Shown: positions 29,021-38,458 of the stretch, piece after piece
Numbering within the stretch: position 1 is the stretch's first letter
Layout of the letters: each line of letters begins with the position of its first letter
DNA from: Candidatus Micrarchaeota archaeon
GTDB lineage: Archaea > Micrarchaeota > Micrarchaeia > Micrarchaeales > CABMGC01
Reading direction: 5' to 3'
DNA: 63,501 nt
NCBI GenBank assembly: GCA_027319905.1
Contig: DAHVMJ010000004.1
Span: 1-63,501, forward strand
The notes under the pieces: model-generated
Seen by the model: the letters and a program-made list of their open reading frames with translations, nothing else
What the model was told of the DNA's origin: nothing
The model's database searches: none
Translations under genes and position numbers: made by a program

Positions 29021-30265
29021 TCACTTCACTACTACCTTGTCAGATACCTCAACCACACGGTCGACGCTGTATCTTACAGGATTACCGAAGCTGGTGTTTA
29101 TTATCAGCCCGCCGCGCTTTACGTCGACTCCGGCAACCTTGCCTATCATCGTGCCCAGCTCGTTGACCACAAGCTTGTTTTTCAGTCTCTTGGTGCGTAG
29201 CACGCGGACCCTCAGAAGGTTTGACACCACGGATATCGCAACTCCCGCCACTATCGCTGCCAGAGTGAATGAGAGGAACTGGCTGAAGTATATCTGTCCG
29301 AGAAGCCAGGCCATGAACGAGTACGCGAGCACCCAGACGATCACAGAAGAGCCTATGTAAACCCCGTACCTGAAGTTGCGGAAGATGTACCTGTTCGACT
29401 TGGTGTCTATTATCCTTCCTATCAGGTACAGGCCGAACATGAATGGCAGCAGAAGGAGAAAGCCTTCAACAGCATACGCTGTCGCGAAGCCGGTATCACC
29501 TGTTATCTTGAGTTGAGCAAGGTAGTTGCTCGCTCCTATGAAGACGCTGGCTATGAAGAAGACGAGCGCGCTGAGGTAGAAGACGAAGCTCATGCGTTCT
29601 ATGCTGAAGCCGAAGCCGCGGAACGAGCCTATCAGTATATCCTCTAGGCCGAAGCCCTTTATCAGCAGGTAGAGGCCCACGAGCCCCAGCGGCACCTGCC
29701 ACCCGAAACCCGCAGCGTAGCTTATCGCGAAAAGCAGAAAAAGTATTGCCGGTATGCCGAAGACTATCCTGGCATAGTGCGGTTCTTTCAGTTTCTCGAG
29801 CACAGCGACATAGGTGCTCTCAAGCGCCTTGTTCTGCTTCACAGCAACCATCTTCACGCTGTTTATCTTTATCCTAGACTCTATGATCGGAAGCACCTGC
29901 TCGTCGCTGGCTCCGTCGGTGATGAACATGCAAGAGTCAGCCTTGGTCTGGTCAATCACTCGTTCTATCTGCGATGCGACTTCGCGGCCTGCATTATAAC
30001 CCTCGCTTTCCGCGCCTGTTATCGTGGCTATGTTTACGGAGTAGCCTTCCTCCTTTAGCTCGTCATAGAGCTTGACCGCCTGGAACATGGTGTTCGCGTC
30101 TGTATCTTCCGGGTCTGCGAGAGCAAGCTGGGTTGCGCCGTTGAGGTTCTGCACCCTGCCGATCAGCGGCCCGCCTATCCTCGTCTTCCTGTACAGGTCA
30201 TTGTCGACGTCAACGACAAGGACAAGAAGGCGTTCCGACTTTTCAATCCCCCTTGATTTTGCCAT
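29021..30265 (-). CDS. DUF373-family archaeal membrane protein
   Basis: N-terminal soluble domain (LVLVVDVDNDL...ATITG...FITDGASDE) followed by about 7 TM helices and a C-terminal PRC/OB-like tail. Confidence 0.5.
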   Translation of the reverse strand: MAKSRGIEKSERLLVLVVDVDNDLYRKTRIGGPLIGRVQNLNGATQLALADPEDTDANTMFQAVKLYDELKEEGYSVNIATITGAESEGYNAGREVASQIERVIDQTKADSCMFITDGASDEQVLPIIESRIKINSVKMVAVKQNKALESTYVAVLEKLKEPHYARIVFGIPAILFLLFAISYAAGFGWQVPLGLVGLYLLIKGFGLEDILIGSFRGFGFSIERMSFVFYLSALVFFIASVFIGASNYLAQLKITGDTGFATAYAVEGFLLLLPFMFGLYLIGRIIDTKSNRYIFRNFRYGVYIGSSVIVWVLAYSFMAWLLGQIYFSQFLSFTLAAIVAGVAISVVSNLLRVRVLRTKRLKNKLVVNELGTMIGKVAGVDVKRGGLIINTSFGNPVRYSVDRVVEVSDKVVVK

Positions 30266-30432
30266 ACCTATAACCCTTGTGAATAGTAATATTTAAAACT
30301 GCACACAAGATACGGCTTAACGTCTATTTTTCCCGTTCCTGCTGCCTGCCAGCACCCTGCTGAACGGAGGGTGAAAACTTATATGAGCTTTATGTGTAAT
30401 TAGGCAGTTCCTGTAATGGCGAAACGTGCGGA

Positions 30433-30948
30433 TTGTCAATGAAAAGCGAGAGAGGGGACGGTGGAATTGGAGAGGTCAGCATAAACAGAAAGACAGGCGT
30501 GCCCACGTATCCGTTCACCGAAGTTTTCAAAGGCTTCGAGAAGGTCGATGCCGTGAAGGAGATATTCGGGAAGAGCACGAAGAGGACCCTGAACAATCTG
30601 AGGGTCTCGTTGTATAGGTCAAGACGCGGCGGCTATATGTGGATTGACGACAAGGCGGGATGCATCGTCTGCAACCTCGACTATTTGAGAAGCGCGAGCA
30701 AGACATACATATACCTGGATGTTATACACGAGCTGGTGCACATAAAGCAGCTGCACGCAGGCAGAGCTCTCTTCGACTCAAGATACCACTACCTCGACAG
30801 GCCCACAGAATTGGAGGCGTACAGGGTCGCCATCGACGAGGCAAGAAGAACGGGGATGGGGAAGAAGGAGCTGACGGAGTACTTGAAGGTGGAATGGGTC
30901 ACCAAAAAAGAGTTCGCCAGATTCCTCGGCCGTTTCGGTCTGCGCTGA
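30433..30948 (+). CDS. HExxH metallopeptidase-like hypothetical protein
   Basis: VIHELVHIKQL motif. Otherwise unassigned. Confidence 0.35.
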   Translation: MSMKSERGDGGIGEVSINRKTGVPTYPFTEVFKGFEKVDAVKEIFGKSTKRTLNNLRVSLYRSRRGGYMWIDDKAGCIVCNLDYLRSASKTYIYLDVIHELVHIKQLHAGRALFDSRYHYLDRPTELEAYRVAIDEARRTGMGKKELTEYLKVEWVTKKEFARFLGRFGLR

Positions 30949-31004
30949 AATGCACGCTTCCATGTGAGTAAAAATAAATATCTTTAGAGGCAAGACATAC
31001 TCCT

Positions 31005-31661
31005 ATGCGCTACGATGGGTTTGAGTCTCTTCTCAGTGACAGCACATGGCGCAGAGGCATGCGCCACCTCGCTAAGAGCGACAAGAGGATGGCAAAGCTG
31101 GTCTCAGGGTTCGGGACGATAAAACGAGATTGGGGCTCTTCTGACCCGTACGAGTCCATACTAGAGTCGTTCATCTACCAGCAGATAGCAGGCTCAGCCG
31201 CAGATGCCATAGTCAAAAAGTTCAGGGGGCTTTATGGCGGAAGATTTCCAAAGCCTCGCGAGTTCTTGAGAACGCCTGAAAAGCGGGTAAGGGGCGCGGG
31301 CATATCCCCTCAGAAGTATTCATACATAAAGGACCTGTGCAAGCGGCTCGTCCGCAAGGAACTGGATCTCAAAACGCTTGGTGAACTACCCGACGAGGAG
31401 GTGATAGCAATCCTCGACGATGTAAGAGGCATAGGAAGATGGACCGCAGAGATGTTCCTCATATTCAGCCTCAGAAGGGTGGACGTTTTCCCTATGGACG
31501 ACCTGGGAATCCAGAACGCGGTGAAGAGAAACTACGGACTTAGGCGCCAGCCCAGTAAGGAAACGCTTCGGAAACTGTCCGATGGGTGGTCTCCTTACCG
31601 CTCAATCGCCACTCTTTACCTGTGGAGAAGCCAGGATCAGGCACTGCCGAACGAGAAATGA
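31005..31661 (+). CDS. HhH-GPD DNA glycosylase (3-methyladenine DNA glycosylase II / AlkA-like)
   Basis: QQIAGSAADAI, helix-hairpin-helix LDDVRGIGRWTAEMFLIF and the catalytic-Asp region VFPMDDLGIQ. Confidence 0.7.
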   Translation: MRYDGFESLLSDSTWRRGMRHLAKSDKRMAKLVSGFGTIKRDWGSSDPYESILESFIYQQIAGSAADAIVKKFRGLYGGRFPKPREFLRTPEKRVRGAGISPQKYSYIKDLCKRLVRKELDLKTLGELPDEEVIAILDDVRGIGRWTAEMFLIFSLRRVDVFPMDDLGIQNAVKRNYGLRRQPSKETLRKLSDGWSPYRSIATLYLWRSQDQALPNEK

Positions 31662-31749
31662 TATTTAAGACGTCAAATCCGAAGCGAAACCGAAATATTC
31701 CAGAATCTATTTTAAAAGGTAGGGGCATAATATCTTCCGAGGTGCAGAC

Positions 31750-33378
31750 GTGACGAAAACATGGCAGACGAAAAAGAAAATATTGAAGTTGGTGTCCAAG
31801 AACGCTAAGACTCCCGGAGAGATAAGTGAGGTGCTCGGGCTTGCGCCATCTACAGTAAGCGAGCACATGGAGGAACTTGAAAGCATGGGGGCGGTAAAAC
31901 CGGTTGATAACCCATTCATAAAGAAATGGAAGTACTACAGAGCGAATCCAGATTTTGATGTTCAGAGCGTTTCAAGCATGAAGAGGATAAGCAACATACC
32001 CCAGATCGCAGCCGCGCTCGTCATCCTGTTGGGCATTGTGGCGTTTCTGGCGCTGGGTCTGCCGGGACTTGGAGCCGGGGGGGTCGGGCATTCTGTTGTG
32101 TTCTCACTGACCGACCCTCCCAGTGTGCCAAACGGCACACAGGCGCTAAACGTAACGTATTCCTCGCTTAGGGCTCACTATACTGCAGCAAACGGGACCG
32201 CTACATGGGTGAATGGAAGCGGTAGTGGCAGCCTCGATCTTATGAGTCTGATAAATGCGAGTCAGGTCATAGGTGTGGGCAGGGCACCCGCGAACTCTAT
32301 AATCAACCTGGTGAGTTTCACAATAACCTCAGCGTACATAGTGATTAATGGTACTGAACACAACGTGACCGTGCCCAGCGGTAGCCTAACTGTACCAATC
32401 ACCAGAAGCGGGGCCGTGACCACAAACTCTAGCGTACTGATAGATCTCAGCCCGGTGGTGGCCACGATCTACACCAACAACTCTGCAGTCTTTCTGCTTG
32501 TGCCCTCTGTGAGAGCGGTACTTGTGGGTAATGGGACGGTGAGCGGAAGGGTAGGAGAAAGGCACGCTATAACGCGGCATGAGCAGGAGGAACTGAACTC
32601 CACCGCACCGGAGATAACCATAAGTTCTGCCAGCTTCAGCGTTGTTAACAATTCTACTGTGAAGATACAAGCTACTGTCAAAGACAACGCAAACGTGAGC
32701 GTTGACCTCAGGCACGTGATACTCTACGGACTGCCTGCCGTCTTTGTGACTCCCGATACGAACGGCAGCGTGGGCGCAGAAATAGGCGCAAAACCTGCGT
32801 TCCTGAATGGAACTGTTGGCATGGGAGTGAACGCTGACGCTGGAGGAGAGAGCAAGGGTATAGGAACCAGAGAGGATTCGTTGATGATGAACAGAAGTGA
32901 AGGCGGTTCGGAAGTACCCGATGTGATAAACGGAGTCAACGTGCACGTCTTCGGGAACGAAGCGATCAACGCGACGACGCACATGCCGATGCTCAACGCG
33001 CGAGAGACTTCGGCGCTCAATAACCTCGTCTCGGTAGGGGCTGAAGCACGGTCATTCCGGGTGCTGAACTTCCTGGTGACTGCAAACGGCACTCTGGCTC
33101 TGCCGTTTTTGAGCAGCAGCTGTTCGTGCGCGGGCAGGATCTGCCCGATGAAGGACGCTGCTTCTATCGCTTGCATTGTTGAGGGAGAGGGCAACGCAAG
33201 CGCGCTGGGATACACGCTGGCGCCTGGGACTTCTGTGAACCTTACCTTCTCTGCGCCCATAGCCTACGCCAACAATCACATACAGATAACGCCTGTTGTC
33301 GGAAGCAAGTGGCAGCTCGTGGTCCAGGGAGACGCGGGAGCGAGGGCAACGACAAACGTTATGGTGACAAGCGGTTAG
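31750..33378 (+). CDS. membrane-anchored protein: N-terminal ArsR-like wHTH, one TM helix, large sequon-rich extracellular region with DUF4382-like module
   Basis: ILKLVSKNAKTPGEISEVLGLAPSTVSEHMEELESMGAV is the wHTH. TM helix is IPQIAAALVILLGIVAFLALGL. FSLTDPPSVPNGTQALNVTYSSLRAHY is paralogous to 33453-34103. Many N-x-S/T sequons. GTG start. Confidence 0.5.
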   Translation: MTKTWQTKKKILKLVSKNAKTPGEISEVLGLAPSTVSEHMEELESMGAVKPVDNPFIKKWKYYRANPDFDVQSVSSMKRISNIPQIAAALVILLGIVAFLALGLPGLGAGGVGHSVVFSLTDPPSVPNGTQALNVTYSSLRAHYTAANGTATWVNGSGSGSLDLMSLINASQVIGVGRAPANSIINLVSFTITSAYIVINGTEHNVTVPSGSLTVPITRSGAVTTNSSVLIDLSPVVATIYTNNSAVFLLVPSVRAVLVGNGTVSGRVGERHAITRHEQEELNSTAPEITISSASFSVVNNSTVKIQATVKDNANVSVDLRHVILYGLPAVFVTPDTNGSVGAEIGAKPAFLNGTVGMGVNADAGGESKGIGTREDSLMMNRSEGGSEVPDVINGVNVHVFGNEAINATTHMPMLNARETSALNNLVSVGAEARSFRVLNFLVTANGTLALPFLSSSCSCAGRICPMKDAASIACIVEGEGNASALGYTLAPGTSVNLTFSAPIAYANNHIQITPVVGSKWQLVVQGDAGARATTNVMVTSG

Positions 33379-33452
33379 GCGCCGCTTGCCCGAAGACGTC
33401 ATCGAGCATCGTTTTAAATAATTTGTGAGAGAAGGTAGCAGGGGCAGAGGAT

Positions 33453-34103
33453 ATGGCATCATCAAATACAATATACTACATAGTCGGAGCTATTGTCGTG
33501 ATCGCAATAGTGGGATTTGTGGTGGCCGGAGGCTTTGCTGGAGGCTCAACCGTAGCGGTTCAGCTGACAGACCCTCCCAGCGTGCCGAGCGGAACTCAGC
33601 ACCTATTTGTAACCTACAGCTCTGTGCAGGTACATGTTTCTAGCACCGGCTCGGGTTCTGTGAACGCAAGCAACCAGTCAGGATGGGCGACGGCGCAGGG
33701 AAACGGCACGGTAGACCTTATGGCGCTGGTCAACACTTCGCAGACGTTGGCGAGTGCACACGTTGCAGCAAACTCAACTGTGAACCTGGTGAGATTCAGT
33801 ATAAGCAGCATCGCGATAGTGGTAAACAACAACACCTACAACGTCACAACGCCCAACAACGAACTGACCGTGACTGTAACTGGAGACCAGAAGATAAACG
33901 CCGGTTCTGCAGCCGTGCTCATTGATCTCTTCCCCACGGTGACTGCACGAGGGGGTGCTGGAGCCACCACGTACATGCTCGTGCCTGCGGCAAGAGCCGT
34001 TATACTAAACGCGGGAACAAACGTTACGGTGAACACGAACGTGGGCGGCGTGGCCAACGTGTCTGCGACGGCGAGAAGCAGACTGGGCCTGAACGTGGGC
34101 TAG
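33453..34103 (+). CDS. membrane-anchored DUF4382-like secreted protein
   Basis: TM helix IYYIVGAIVVIAIVGFVVA, then VQLTDPPSVPSGTQHLFVTYSSVQVHV, colinear with the extracellular start of the preceding gene. Confidence 0.5.
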   Translation: MASSNTIYYIVGAIVVIAIVGFVVAGGFAGGSTVAVQLTDPPSVPSGTQHLFVTYSSVQVHVSSTGSGSVNASNQSGWATAQGNGTVDLMALVNTSQTLASAHVAANSTVNLVRFSISSIAIVVNNNTYNVTTPNNELTVTVTGDQKINAGSAAVLIDLFPTVTARGGAGATTYMLVPAARAVILNAGTNVTVNTNVGGVANVSATARSRLGLNVG

Positions 34104-34173
34104 AAGCGCATCAGCGCTAAACGAGCCTGGAGAAATGCTTAATAATCGCTAGTTCTCATGCTACCACAATTCA

Positions 34174-34575
34174 ATGTCATTGGCGACCGCTCTCGGATTC
34201 AGAATAAATGAGACCCAACACGAAAAGCAGAGGTCTCCAAACAATATAGGAGACTGGATACCCGGCAAGCCCATAGAGATACGGATAAGCGCGATGAGAG
34301 ACAGGAGACACGTGGAGCTGGTGGCGGTTCACGAAATCGCAGAATACATGCTTTGCAAACTACTGAGGAGATCTGATGAGAAGGCAATCGCCTTTGATAT
34401 CAACTACAAAGGTGAATTCAAAGAGCCCGGAGACGACCCCCGTGCTCCTTACCATGCAGAACACGTAATGGCCACTTTTGTAGAAAGGATCTGGGCGCGG
34501 ATACGGGGAGTCAGTTGGTCGGACTACTCAAATGAGGTTGATGAGATCGTTTCGTCGCAGGTGCGCATCAACTAG
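34174..34575 (+). CDS. hypothetical protein
   Basis: 133-aa ORF with no confident motif. Confidence 0.35.
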   Translation: MSLATALGFRINETQHEKQRSPNNIGDWIPGKPIEIRISAMRDRRHVELVAVHEIAEYMLCKLLRRSDEKAIAFDINYKGEFKEPGDDPRAPYHAEHVMATFVERIWARIRGVSWSDYSNEVDEIVSSQVRIN

Positions 34576-35219
34576 AAACCCAGCTTTTCCTTGACGAGTA
34601 TTACTTTTGTCCTTCCGGGCCTGTCACGCTCCAGAATAAGCACCTTGCCCACGTAGCTGCTCTCCCAACCATAAGCCTCATGCACGCGCCTACTCTCAAG
34701 CGGAAGAGCATACCCGTATATGCGCTCAAGGGCTTCGTCGAGATCCTTCACTATCTTATTGGTGCTAACCACTAGTATCACGTTCTGAGAATCGAAAGCG
34801 TACATAGATATCTGGCTGCCGCTGGCTGATGCGGACACCAACTGACCGCCTTCGGTTATCGCCTGCACGCTTCCGATTGCGTAAGGCGTACCCAGCGACT
34901 TGCGGCGCATGTTGTTCCTCTCCTCCGAATCGGTGATTCCGTACAGTCTCTTTCGCACAGAGTCATATCTGCCGCTCTCCTCTATCTCCGTGGTCACGCC
35001 TATCTCTTTCATCGTGGTTGATGACGCTTCCATAACCTCGGAGCCCTGGGGAATGAGATCCAGCACCTTTCTCTTTGCCTCGGCTCCGTCGCTGACTACG
35101 AAAACCTCAATGCCTCTTTTCACAAGGACCTCCGCGACTCTGTCTACTGTCGCGTCATCTGCAAGCGCCTCCCATCTCATAGTGTTCTCTTCCCCTTGTT
35201 TGCTTACCATACGGTACAA
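34572..35219 (-). CDS. LUD-domain (LutC/YkgG-like) protein
   Basis: Pattern IPQGSEVMEASSTT...AIGSVQAITEGGQLVSASASGSQ...ILVVSTNKIV resembles the LUD fold. Confidence 0.45.
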   Translation of the reverse strand: MYRMVSKQGEENTMRWEALADDATVDRVAEVLVKRGIEVFVVSDGAEAKRKVLDLIPQGSEVMEASSTTMKEIGVTTEIEESGRYDSVRKRLYGITDSEERNNMRRKSLGTPYAIGSVQAITEGGQLVSASASGSQISMYAFDSQNVILVVSTNKIVKDLDEALERIYGYALPLESRRVHEAYGWESSYVGKVLILERDRPGRTKVILVKEKLGF

Positions 35220-35263
35220 TATGCACGCTGTGGTATATAAATATATAGGACGTCCTATATCTA

Positions 35264-36568
35264 TCAGAGGTAACCCCAGCTCAGCAGCATATCACTGTCC
35301 CTGCTCCATCTCTGCGCTATGTCAGAGCGGTAGAACATGTTGGGTATCATCACGTTGCTTACGTGAAGGTACGAATCCTTTATGGCGTCGGACATCGCCG
35401 CCCCCGATCCGGTTACAACAAGGGCGTACCCCGACTGGCCGGCTATGAACCAGTCGTCCTTGACCTTCTTTACCTCTCCTATGTGTATGCCGTCTATGTT
35501 CTGGCGCTTGAACAGTATTGCGGCGCCTTCGGAATACTTCTTGAACGCTTTCTGGTCTTCAAATGGGAATGGGGGTATCGCTATTACGATGCCGACCTGG
35601 AATCCTTTCTTTGATTTGAGCTGGATCTCCTCCTTTCCGTGGGCGAGGTCATAGATGAACTGCCCCCATTCGCTTGTTATGCCCTCCATCTGTATGCTTA
35701 TGGTTGGATAACCAAGCCTGGAAGTGAACTCCAGCGGCCAGATGCCTCTGCTGTTCGCGATGCAGTTGATGTCTATATAGCCCACGTAGCCGCTTGCCGC
35801 AATTTTCTCCTTCATCTTGAGCAGCGTCGCCTCGAAAATAGGGCTGCTCCTTGTCCAGTACATGTTGGTGCCCATCTCTCCTGTGCTCGGCCCGATCTCG
35901 TTTGGAAAGAGCTTCTTGTGCTCGAAATTCACGCACACGGGCATTGCGAACTCCTTGCCGTTGAAGAACGCTCCGACAGCGACCTCCACCCCTTCGGCAT
36001 ATTTCTGCAACAGGAATTTTTTCATCTTCTTCGACCATGTTTCTTTGTAGTGCTCGAGCACCTGAAGAACGTCCTTGCCGTCGGGCTCCTGCCCGACGAA
36101 TAGCAGCTCCTTCTCGTCCTGGATCTCGCCGCTCGGTTTAATCACGTATCTATCAGGATTCGCCTTGACAAACTTTATTGCTTCGTCAAATGATTCGAAA
36201 TTCTGCCCCGGCAGTATCGGGACGCCAGCGGCCTTCAGCTCTTGCTGGCCGAATTCCCTGTCGAACTCGAGGTTGTCGGTATATGCCGTGCCTCCAAATA
36301 CGAATTTGCCCTCTTTGCGCAACTGGTCTGCTTTGATGCCGAAGCCAACATCATCGAACAAAATAATATCGGCCCAGTCCTTATGTTTCTCCCATTCATC
36401 TACTTTTTCGAAGAATCCGTCCCCCACGTCCTTCTCTGGCTGATCATGGCAGTAGAACCTAACATCGTGCCCTTCCTTGGCCAGTTGCCACGCAAGATCA
36501 GCAGAGAGGGCCTCTTGCGTAACGAAGAGGAATTTGTACTTTGCTTTCTGGTCTCCGTTCTGAGCCAT
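35264..36568 (-). CDS. ATP-grasp enzyme, PurD (phosphoribosylamine-glycine ligase)-like
   Basis: 434 aa with an N-terminal Rossmann-like pre-ATP-grasp region, YVIKPSGE, and ATP-grasp core motifs (EGVEVAVGAFFNG, GEMGT, LEFTSRLGYP). Confidence 0.45.
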   Translation of the reverse strand: MAQNGDQKAKYKFLFVTQEALSADLAWQLAKEGHDVRFYCHDQPEKDVGDGFFEKVDEWEKHKDWADIILFDDVGFGIKADQLRKEGKFVFGGTAYTDNLEFDREFGQQELKAAGVPILPGQNFESFDEAIKFVKANPDRYVIKPSGEIQDEKELLFVGQEPDGKDVLQVLEHYKETWSKKMKKFLLQKYAEGVEVAVGAFFNGKEFAMPVCVNFEHKKLFPNEIGPSTGEMGTNMYWTRSSPIFEATLLKMKEKIAASGYVGYIDINCIANSRGIWPLEFTSRLGYPTISIQMEGITSEWGQFIYDLAHGKEEIQLKSKKGFQVGIVIAIPPFPFEDQKAFKKYSEGAAILFKRQNIDGIHIGEVKKVKDDWFIAGQSGYALVVTGSGAAMSDAIKDSYLHVSNVMIPNMFYRSDIAQRWSRDSDMLLSWGYL

Positions 36569-36636
36569 TGACTCTATGCAAAAGGTTCGACTCCAATTTA
36601 TTTATACTTTCTCTATTTTATGCGCTCAAGCCCTGC

Positions 36637-37287
36637 TCATCGTTTCTTCCTTACTATCCTGTAGTTGAAGTACTCGCCTGGCAACGCGTTGGAGAGCGAC
36701 GCGAACAGGAGCAGCAGGGCCTCTTGCCCTCTGGCCGACTTTATCCCTCCGAGGTCTATTATCGATTTCCAGCCGAAACTTTTGAGCAGCGCGGTCACCT
36801 TTGCTTTGGCTTCTGCGTCGTTGCCTGATATGAAAATGTCGTGCTCATCTGCCAGCAGTGATGGGTTGACCTGTATGTCGGTATTTACAGTGTTCAGCGC
36901 TTTGACCACCTTGACATTGGGAAACGCGCGCTGGACCTGCTCGCCCAGAGAATCTGTGTTGCTTACAGTGAGTTTTAGCTCCCCGGTCGAAAAGTCAAGC
37001 GGATTTGCTACGTCGACAAGTATCTTGTTGTTCAGGTTCTTCTCGCCTGCGGAACGCAGGGCATCAAGCGTGTGCTGGCCGTTTGTGCAGTTGAAGACAA
37101 TCTCTCCGAATGCGGCCGCATCGGCAAATGTGCCCTGTGAAGCTTTCGAGCCGTTCGCTTTTGCCCAGTCTGCTGCGCTTTTGTTGTCAGCCGTCCTGGA
37201 GCCCATCTTCACCTCGTGCCCCAGTTGCACGAGCTTTGTCGCAAGATTCTTTCCAACAGTTCCGGTACCTAATACTGCTATTTTCAT
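36637..37287 (-). CDS. NAD(P)-binding oxidoreductase, F420-dependent NADP reductase-like
   Basis: MKIAVLGTGTVGKNLATKL dinucleotide-binding start at 37287. The upstream 47 codons of the 263-aa ORF cross the att repeat and are probably not translated. Confidence 0.55.
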   Translation of the reverse strand: MKIAVLGTGTVGKNLATKLVQLGHEVKMGSRTADNKSAADWAKANGSKASQGTFADAAAFGEIVFNCTNGQHTLDALRSAGEKNLNNKILVDVANPLDFSTGELKLTVSNTDSLGEQVQRAFPNVKVVKALNTVNTDIQVNPSLLADEHDIFISGNDAEAKAKVTALLKSFGWKSIIDLGGIKSARGQEALLLLFASLSNALPGEYFNYRIVRKKR

Positions 37288-37328
37288 ATTGTCCCCATCT
37301 ATTGTACGCCTAAAAATATTTAAGCTAG

Positions 37329-38453
37329 AAAGATGACTGGGCCCGCCGAGAGCAGCACAGAGGCTCGCAGGCTGTTGGCAGCCTGCTCGCCCGCACCGCA
37401 TCCCACAAGGACAAGCTACTTCTCGCACCCCAGCTTTATCTCACTTTCGACTGCGAGCGAGGGCTTCCCAAGAAGCCCGAAGCGAGCAAGCGCATTGTCG
37501 GGCGGGTCATTGGCTTGGCAAGGCAGGATGGGTCTTTGCCCCTCCATAGCAGCGACATCCGAACACATTTCGAGGTTCTGCCCGTGAGAGCCCACGAAAG
37601 CCACGTAGAGCTGCTGGCAAGCCCAGCGTTCGTTCATCAGCGCATACCAGAACCCGCAACCAAGCCCAAAGACTACATGCGGGAGCAACTACCGCTGATG
37701 GCCAAGTGGGAGATTGAGGAGCTTAGGAGCGAGATCAAGCAGCATTATCTCAGCAGGTTCAAGAGGCCCAGAATCGCCAAGTACGGAACGCTAAACAAGG
37801 GTTTCGAGGAGCAGGAGCTTAGGGTATTCCTAGCGCACATAGACAACGAGAAGCATCGCTTGCTATTCGAGTTTATGGCTAATCTGGGCTTGCGGGTGGG
37901 CGAGGCGGTGAGGGTTAATATCAAGGACATAAAGCCAGAGAGCAGGGAGCTTATCGTTTATACTGAGAAAGCTAGGCAGCCCGACAGCCTGCGCATACCT
38001 CTCCCGCTATTCAAGGAGACGCTAGACTTCATACATGCGCATACGCAAGAGATAGAGCAGCACGAGGGCTATATCTTCTTCAAGGACTTCAAGTACAGCA
38101 AGCATGGTTGCAACCACCTCGACCTTAACTATGTGCGAAACATCTTCAGGGAGTACATAACTGACGCTGGGCTCGATGAGACCTATGATGTGAGCGAAGA
38201 GCGCAATAGCAGAACGCCAAGACGCTTGCATCGCCTAACCACGCATTCGCTAAGACATTATGCTATAACCCGCTTTGCGAGGAGCACGAACGGCAATGTG
38301 GTGCTCACAGCACACTTCGCTCGGCACAGGAATCCGAGCACTACGAACACTTACATCGCATTGGACAAGAAAGAGCTTTATGATGTGATTGATGCGATTT
38401 CTGTGAATGAAGCGATATTGCTTAAAAAGAAAATTAGCGAAGAAAAAATCTAA
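37329..38453 (+). CDS. tyrosine recombinase (integrase), int(C) portion. Frame open from the att core, first ATG at 37677.
   Basis: Catalytic signatures LGLRVGEAVRV (Arg), HSLRHYAIT (HxxR), FARHRN (His) and TNTYI (Tyr). There is no stop codon in this frame between 37329 and 38453. Confidence 0.75.
   Translation, partial: KDDWARREQHRGSQAVGSLLARTASHKDKLLLAPQLYLTFDCERGLPKKPEASKRIVGRVIGLARQDGSLPLHSSDIRTHFEVLPVRAHESHVELLASPAFVHQRIPEPATKPKDYMREQLPLMAKWEIEELRSEIKQHYLSRFKRPRIAKYGTLNKGFEEQELRVFLAHIDNEKHRLLFEFMANLGLRVGEAVRVNIKDIKPESRELIVYTEKARQPDSLRIPLPLFKETLDFIHAHTQEIEQHEGYIFFKDFKYSKHGCNHLDLNYVRNIFREYITDAGLDETYDVSEERNSRTPRRLHRLTTHSLRHYAITRFARSTNGNVVLTAHFARHRNPSTTNTYIALDKKELYDVIDAISVNEAILLKKKISEEKI
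37335..37352. repeat. attL core gactgggcccgccgagag
   Basis: Identical to 40858-40875. Equals the displaced copy of the tRNA-Val 3' end plus 3 nt. Confidence 0.8.
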
Positions 38454-38458
38454 GATAA

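Noticed and set aside
37333-37587. Plus-strand ORFs 37333-37587 and 54606-55025 sharing ARRLLAACSP..HP...SYFSH..FISLSTASEGFPRSPKRASALS
   Set aside because: The shared peptide simply reflects the 85% nucleotide identity of the 183-nt block read in a third frame. The composition is low-complexity, and the ORFs start and end differently in the two copies.
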